From: Proteus phage 10
Sequence record: MT661596.1
Length of the DNA stretch: 40,000 nt
Reading direction: 5' to 3' (one strand)
The notes under the pieces were generated by a model, which had not been told where the DNA came from, searched no databases, and saw nothing but the letters and a program-made list of their open reading frames with translations. Positions 37,434 through 40,000 of this stretch are shown here, in pieces; the first letter of the stretch is position 1; each line of letters starts with the position of its first letter. Made by a program: the position numbers and the translations under genes.

Positions 37434-37742
37434 TTAAGATAAGTGATATCGGTTACTTATATCGTCAACAGTGTCAACACGACCCCATACTCGACGTTCT
37501 TTAACACCGTACCCTTTTAGGTTGTACTTAATTCGAGTAGCACTATTTTCATGAACATGTGATGGTTTACATGACTCACTGACATTGTAGGCAATTATGG
37601 GTAGACCATCGACTCGTTTTATCCAGGTCTTCGTTGCTTGTAAGTGAAAAGTGGCAACACCGGTCGGTGTAGAAATGTCAGTTGTGAAATAAACAATTGA
37701 CGGTCGAAAGAATCTAGCAATGAGGTATTTAATTAATGACAT
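37434..37742 (-). CDS. Hypothetical protein
   Basis: ORF 102 aa overlapping the upstream minus gene. Confidence 0.6.
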   Translation of the reverse strand: MSLIKYLIARFFRPSIVYFTTDISTPTGVATFHLQATKTWIKRVDGLPIIAYNVSESCKPSHVHENSATRIKYNLKGYGVKERRVWGRVDTVDDISNRYHLS

Positions 37743-38067
37743 GAGTAATATCCTGATGCTCAGTCAACACGACTGATGATTTAGTTAGTTCTTTTAATGT
37801 TTGGTTTGTTATCATTTCTAAGCTATCTTCTTCTCCAAAGTATCTGGCTTCGATAGATACAATAGAAACACCATCAACCTTTATAGAGGCTTCAGCCTTT
37901 TGTGCAACCGAACCAAACTTACACAACCCGTTAATTGTGCTTTCGTATTCAACGACTTTCCATTTACCATTAGAATATACTGATGACTTAGTATACTCAC
38001 CGTCGTGCACCTTTTTACCAAAAAGAATAACAGTAGCCTTAACTAAGGTTTTTAAAAATAGGTTCAT
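37729..38067 (-). CDS. Hypothetical protein, possibly a diverged relative of the two-cysteine family
   Basis: Contains NGKWKVVEYE...LCKFG...IKVDGVSI, similar order to the exported family. Confidence 0.55.
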   Translation of the reverse strand: MNLFLKTLVKATVILFGKKVHDGEYTKSSVYSNGKWKVVEYESTINGLCKFGSVAQKAEASIKVDGVSIVSIEARYFGEEDSLEMITNQTLKELTKSSVVLTEHQDITHVIN

Positions 38068-38093
38068 ACACCCTCTGAAAAAGAAAGGGTGTA

Positions 38094-38420
38094 TTACTCA
38101 CCCTTTAATTTTTTGATTTCGTTTTCTAAACGAGTTATGGTTTGGTTCATCGCATTGTTCTCGCGAGTCATTGAATCAGATAATGCGTTCAATAACACTT
38201 TGCGTTTACAATACGGCTTAGCCATCCACTCATCGTAAGAAAGCCCATACTTGCCGCCAATATCGTATCTAAGATATTCGAGCGCATATTCCTCATAACC
38301 TACTGCTTTCATTGGGTCTTCTTGGTCAGTCATGAGGATGGCAGACAACGGGGATGGGTCGTCATGGTTAACGACCCTAAAGTTGTCATCGTAAACTTCC
38401 CACGATTTGACAATCGCCAT
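38094..38420 (-). CDS. Small putative tail/baseplate-associated protein or frameshift extension of the upstream ORF
   Basis: 108 aa; frame is open for 49 more codons upstream to the T8 run; YGLSYDEWMAKP and coiled-coil end. Confidence 0.6.
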   Translation of the reverse strand: MAIVKSWEVYDDNFRVVNHDDPSPLSAILMTDQEDPMKAVGYEEYALEYLRYDIGGKYGLSYDEWMAKPYCKRKVLLNALSDSMTRENNAMNQTITRLENEIKKLKGE

Positions 38421-38515
38421 ACCTGGCTCAAATTTCTTCAGACCATGCCGGTCTTCAAGAAATTTCTTTAAAGCCCCAGTATCATCACCAATGATAGTTC
38501 CGAAGTCATAATCTG

Positions 38516-39958
38516 CTAGACTTCTTCCCTCTCGTAAATGCGCGCAAGTGTACTCGTCATCACGGTAAAAAAAACTTTTTCGACGTTTAACGGAGTGAAA
38601 GCTTGCATGTACCGGTCACGAACAGGTTGGATGTTTCCGCATGAAGGACAAGTCCAACGAGGAATCGCCATTAATGCTACTGTTGCCTGTGCACCAAATT
38701 CGATTACAGCGTTAGAGATAGCTTTAGTGATTTTGTCATCTGTTGTGAATTCAGCCAATGCATCACCGATATCTTTTCTATCACTGATTACCTGGCCGCC
38801 GATTTCAATAGATGCAATCCAGTGCGCCATACTGCGGTTGCTAGACAATGCTGCTTTACGTTTAATCATAGTCTCACGTTCTTCACGAGTAGACCCTTCT
38901 TTAAACGCATCAGTAACAGAAGCTTCTAATGCCTCTAACCACGCAATGCCTTCATTGATTTTATCAGCCACTGTTGGAACACGCATATTAAGGAACACAC
39001 CGGGCATAATTTCGAATGCCTTCTTAAGGTCAAACGCTTCTTGGTACGCCGAAACTGTAGTGACCGTATGCCCTGTATCCGTACTCATGTGTGCAGCTTG
39101 ACTTTCGGTGATACGGCTGTGGTCTACGATTAACATTCTTGCTAAATTAACGCGTTCAGAAACTGTATGACCACACAAACCACCTGCTTCGGCACGAGCC
39201 ACACAACTTGTATTTAAGGTGTAACCTGATTTAAAACGACCAGCTAAATATGCATGTGCTAGCACATAGATATCAGGCGCTTTAATAAGGTCTTGAAGCT
39301 TGCCTGGGTCTGTAATACCCACACTTGTTTTATAGATACGGTTAATCAAGAATCGAGACATGTGTTTAAAGATAATCACGTCAAGGTTACCGAATACCAT
39401 ACCTAACGTAGAGCGACCTAGGTCAGACTTTTCTTGGTGGATAGCGCTTTGCATATCAAGCCATAGGTCGTCACCATCAATTTGTAAAGAAGCCCAGAAC
39501 CCAGAATGTGGTAAATGAACAGTTGTGAAATCACCACGTTCCATGACTTGGCGAACTTTCATGATAGCCTGCATACCCGTAAGGATGCCGTTATCTGAAT
39601 CAGTTACTTTTACGTCAGGTCGGCCAATATTAACTAGCTTATTATTTCTAAACATCCCTTGTAGCCATTTGGCACCCGGGGTATTAATACTGCGGTCTAG
39701 TACACTGTAACGTGATAGATGGTTAATTGAATTAATAACATGCTGAATCCATAGTGTTGCTTTCTCTGGACCATCACGGCGAATCATTTCTTTAAACAAC
39801 GCCTTGTCTGAATCGTCTGTATTGATTTCATTGACAAGGTCTGTTAAATCCCCGTAGTTACCGTGGATGACAGGAATGACATCATCAATTGACTCTGCCG
39901 TTTCTAAAGCCGTTAGAATAGGGGACTTAAACCCTTCTTCAATTGGCTGGATATCCAT
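38516..39958 (-). CDS. Putative virion/baseplate hub-like protein with CPSCG zinc-binding motif (may extend beyond window)
   Basis: 480 aa; frame remains open upstream to 40000 (TDIDVNAENPTELTM...). Confidence 0.6.
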   Translation of the reverse strand: MDIQPIEEGFKSPILTALETAESIDDVIPVIHGNYGDLTDLVNEINTDDSDKALFKEMIRRDGPEKATLWIQHVINSINHLSRYSVLDRSINTPGAKWLQGMFRNNKLVNIGRPDVKVTDSDNGILTGMQAIMKVRQVMERGDFTTVHLPHSGFWASLQIDGDDLWLDMQSAIHQEKSDLGRSTLGMVFGNLDVIIFKHMSRFLINRIYKTSVGITDPGKLQDLIKAPDIYVLAHAYLAGRFKSGYTLNTSCVARAEAGGLCGHTVSERVNLARMLIVDHSRITESQAAHMSTDTGHTVTTVSAYQEAFDLKKAFEIMPGVFLNMRVPTVADKINEGIAWLEALEASVTDAFKEGSTREERETMIKRKAALSSNRSMAHWIASIEIGGQVISDRKDIGDALAEFTTDDKITKAISNAVIEFGAQATVALMAIPRWTCPSCGNIQPVRDRYMQAFTPLNVEKVFFTVMTSTLARIYEREEV

Positions 39959-40000
39959 AGTTAGTTCAGTCGGATTTTCAGCATTAACATCAATGTCTGT

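Noticed and set aside
38567-38574. T8/A8 run as a simple sequencing or assembly error splitting one gene
   Set aside because: Not excluded, but the zero-frame tail TVMTSTLARIYEREEV reads as a plausible native C terminus; kept as a frameshift candidate with read-level verification requested.
38538-39710. Plus-strand ORFs 38538..39101 and 39525..39710
   Set aside because: Antisense to the long minus-strand CDS, with implausible composition and no SD.
1-40000. CRISPR arrays, tRNA genes, rRNA genes, transposons
   Set aside because: No spaced direct repeats, cloverleaf-like intergenic segments or transposase motifs were recognised by eye; tRNA detection without tools is limited.

Overview
This window looks like a near-contiguous stretch of a nucleus-forming, phiKZ-like jumbo phage genome (Chimalliviridae-type). 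The best-supported genes are: the C-terminal part of a PhuZ-like phage tubulin at the left edge (2..622); a family-B-like DNA polymerase ORF carrying motifs B and C (5567..7714); a 705-aa protein that by synteny and composition is my candidate for the phage nucleus shell protein chimallin/ChmA (9105..11222), directly followed by an RNAP beta' N-terminal subunit with NADFDGDE (11319..12770); an SbcD/Mre11-like nuclease (17981..19108); an SSB-like protein with an acidic DFDDDIPF tip (19973..20683); RNAP beta C-terminal and beta' C-terminal subunits (25890..28001, 28024..30051); an SF2 helicase whose Walker A motif is interrupted by a 346-aa LAGLIDADG intein with class 3 (W-C-T) hallmarks (30068..32653); and an RNA ligase (34596..35927). 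Less expected signals are: (i) a tandem, overlapping array of seven small, highly diverged but architecturally similar ORFs (2416..5033); (ii) a recurring composite 3'-end element, a GC-rich hairpin followed by TTATGCC and oriented with the upstream gene, including on the minus strand; (iii) a recurring intergenic CCTAYATTAY promoter-like motif; (iv) a candidate -1 frameshift site (T8, on the minus strand) that would fuse 38516..39958 to 38094..38420; (v) a family of exported, two-cysteine paralogs (32990..33421, 35989..36474, 36489..36959). All calls were made by eye; no database search or folding program was run.
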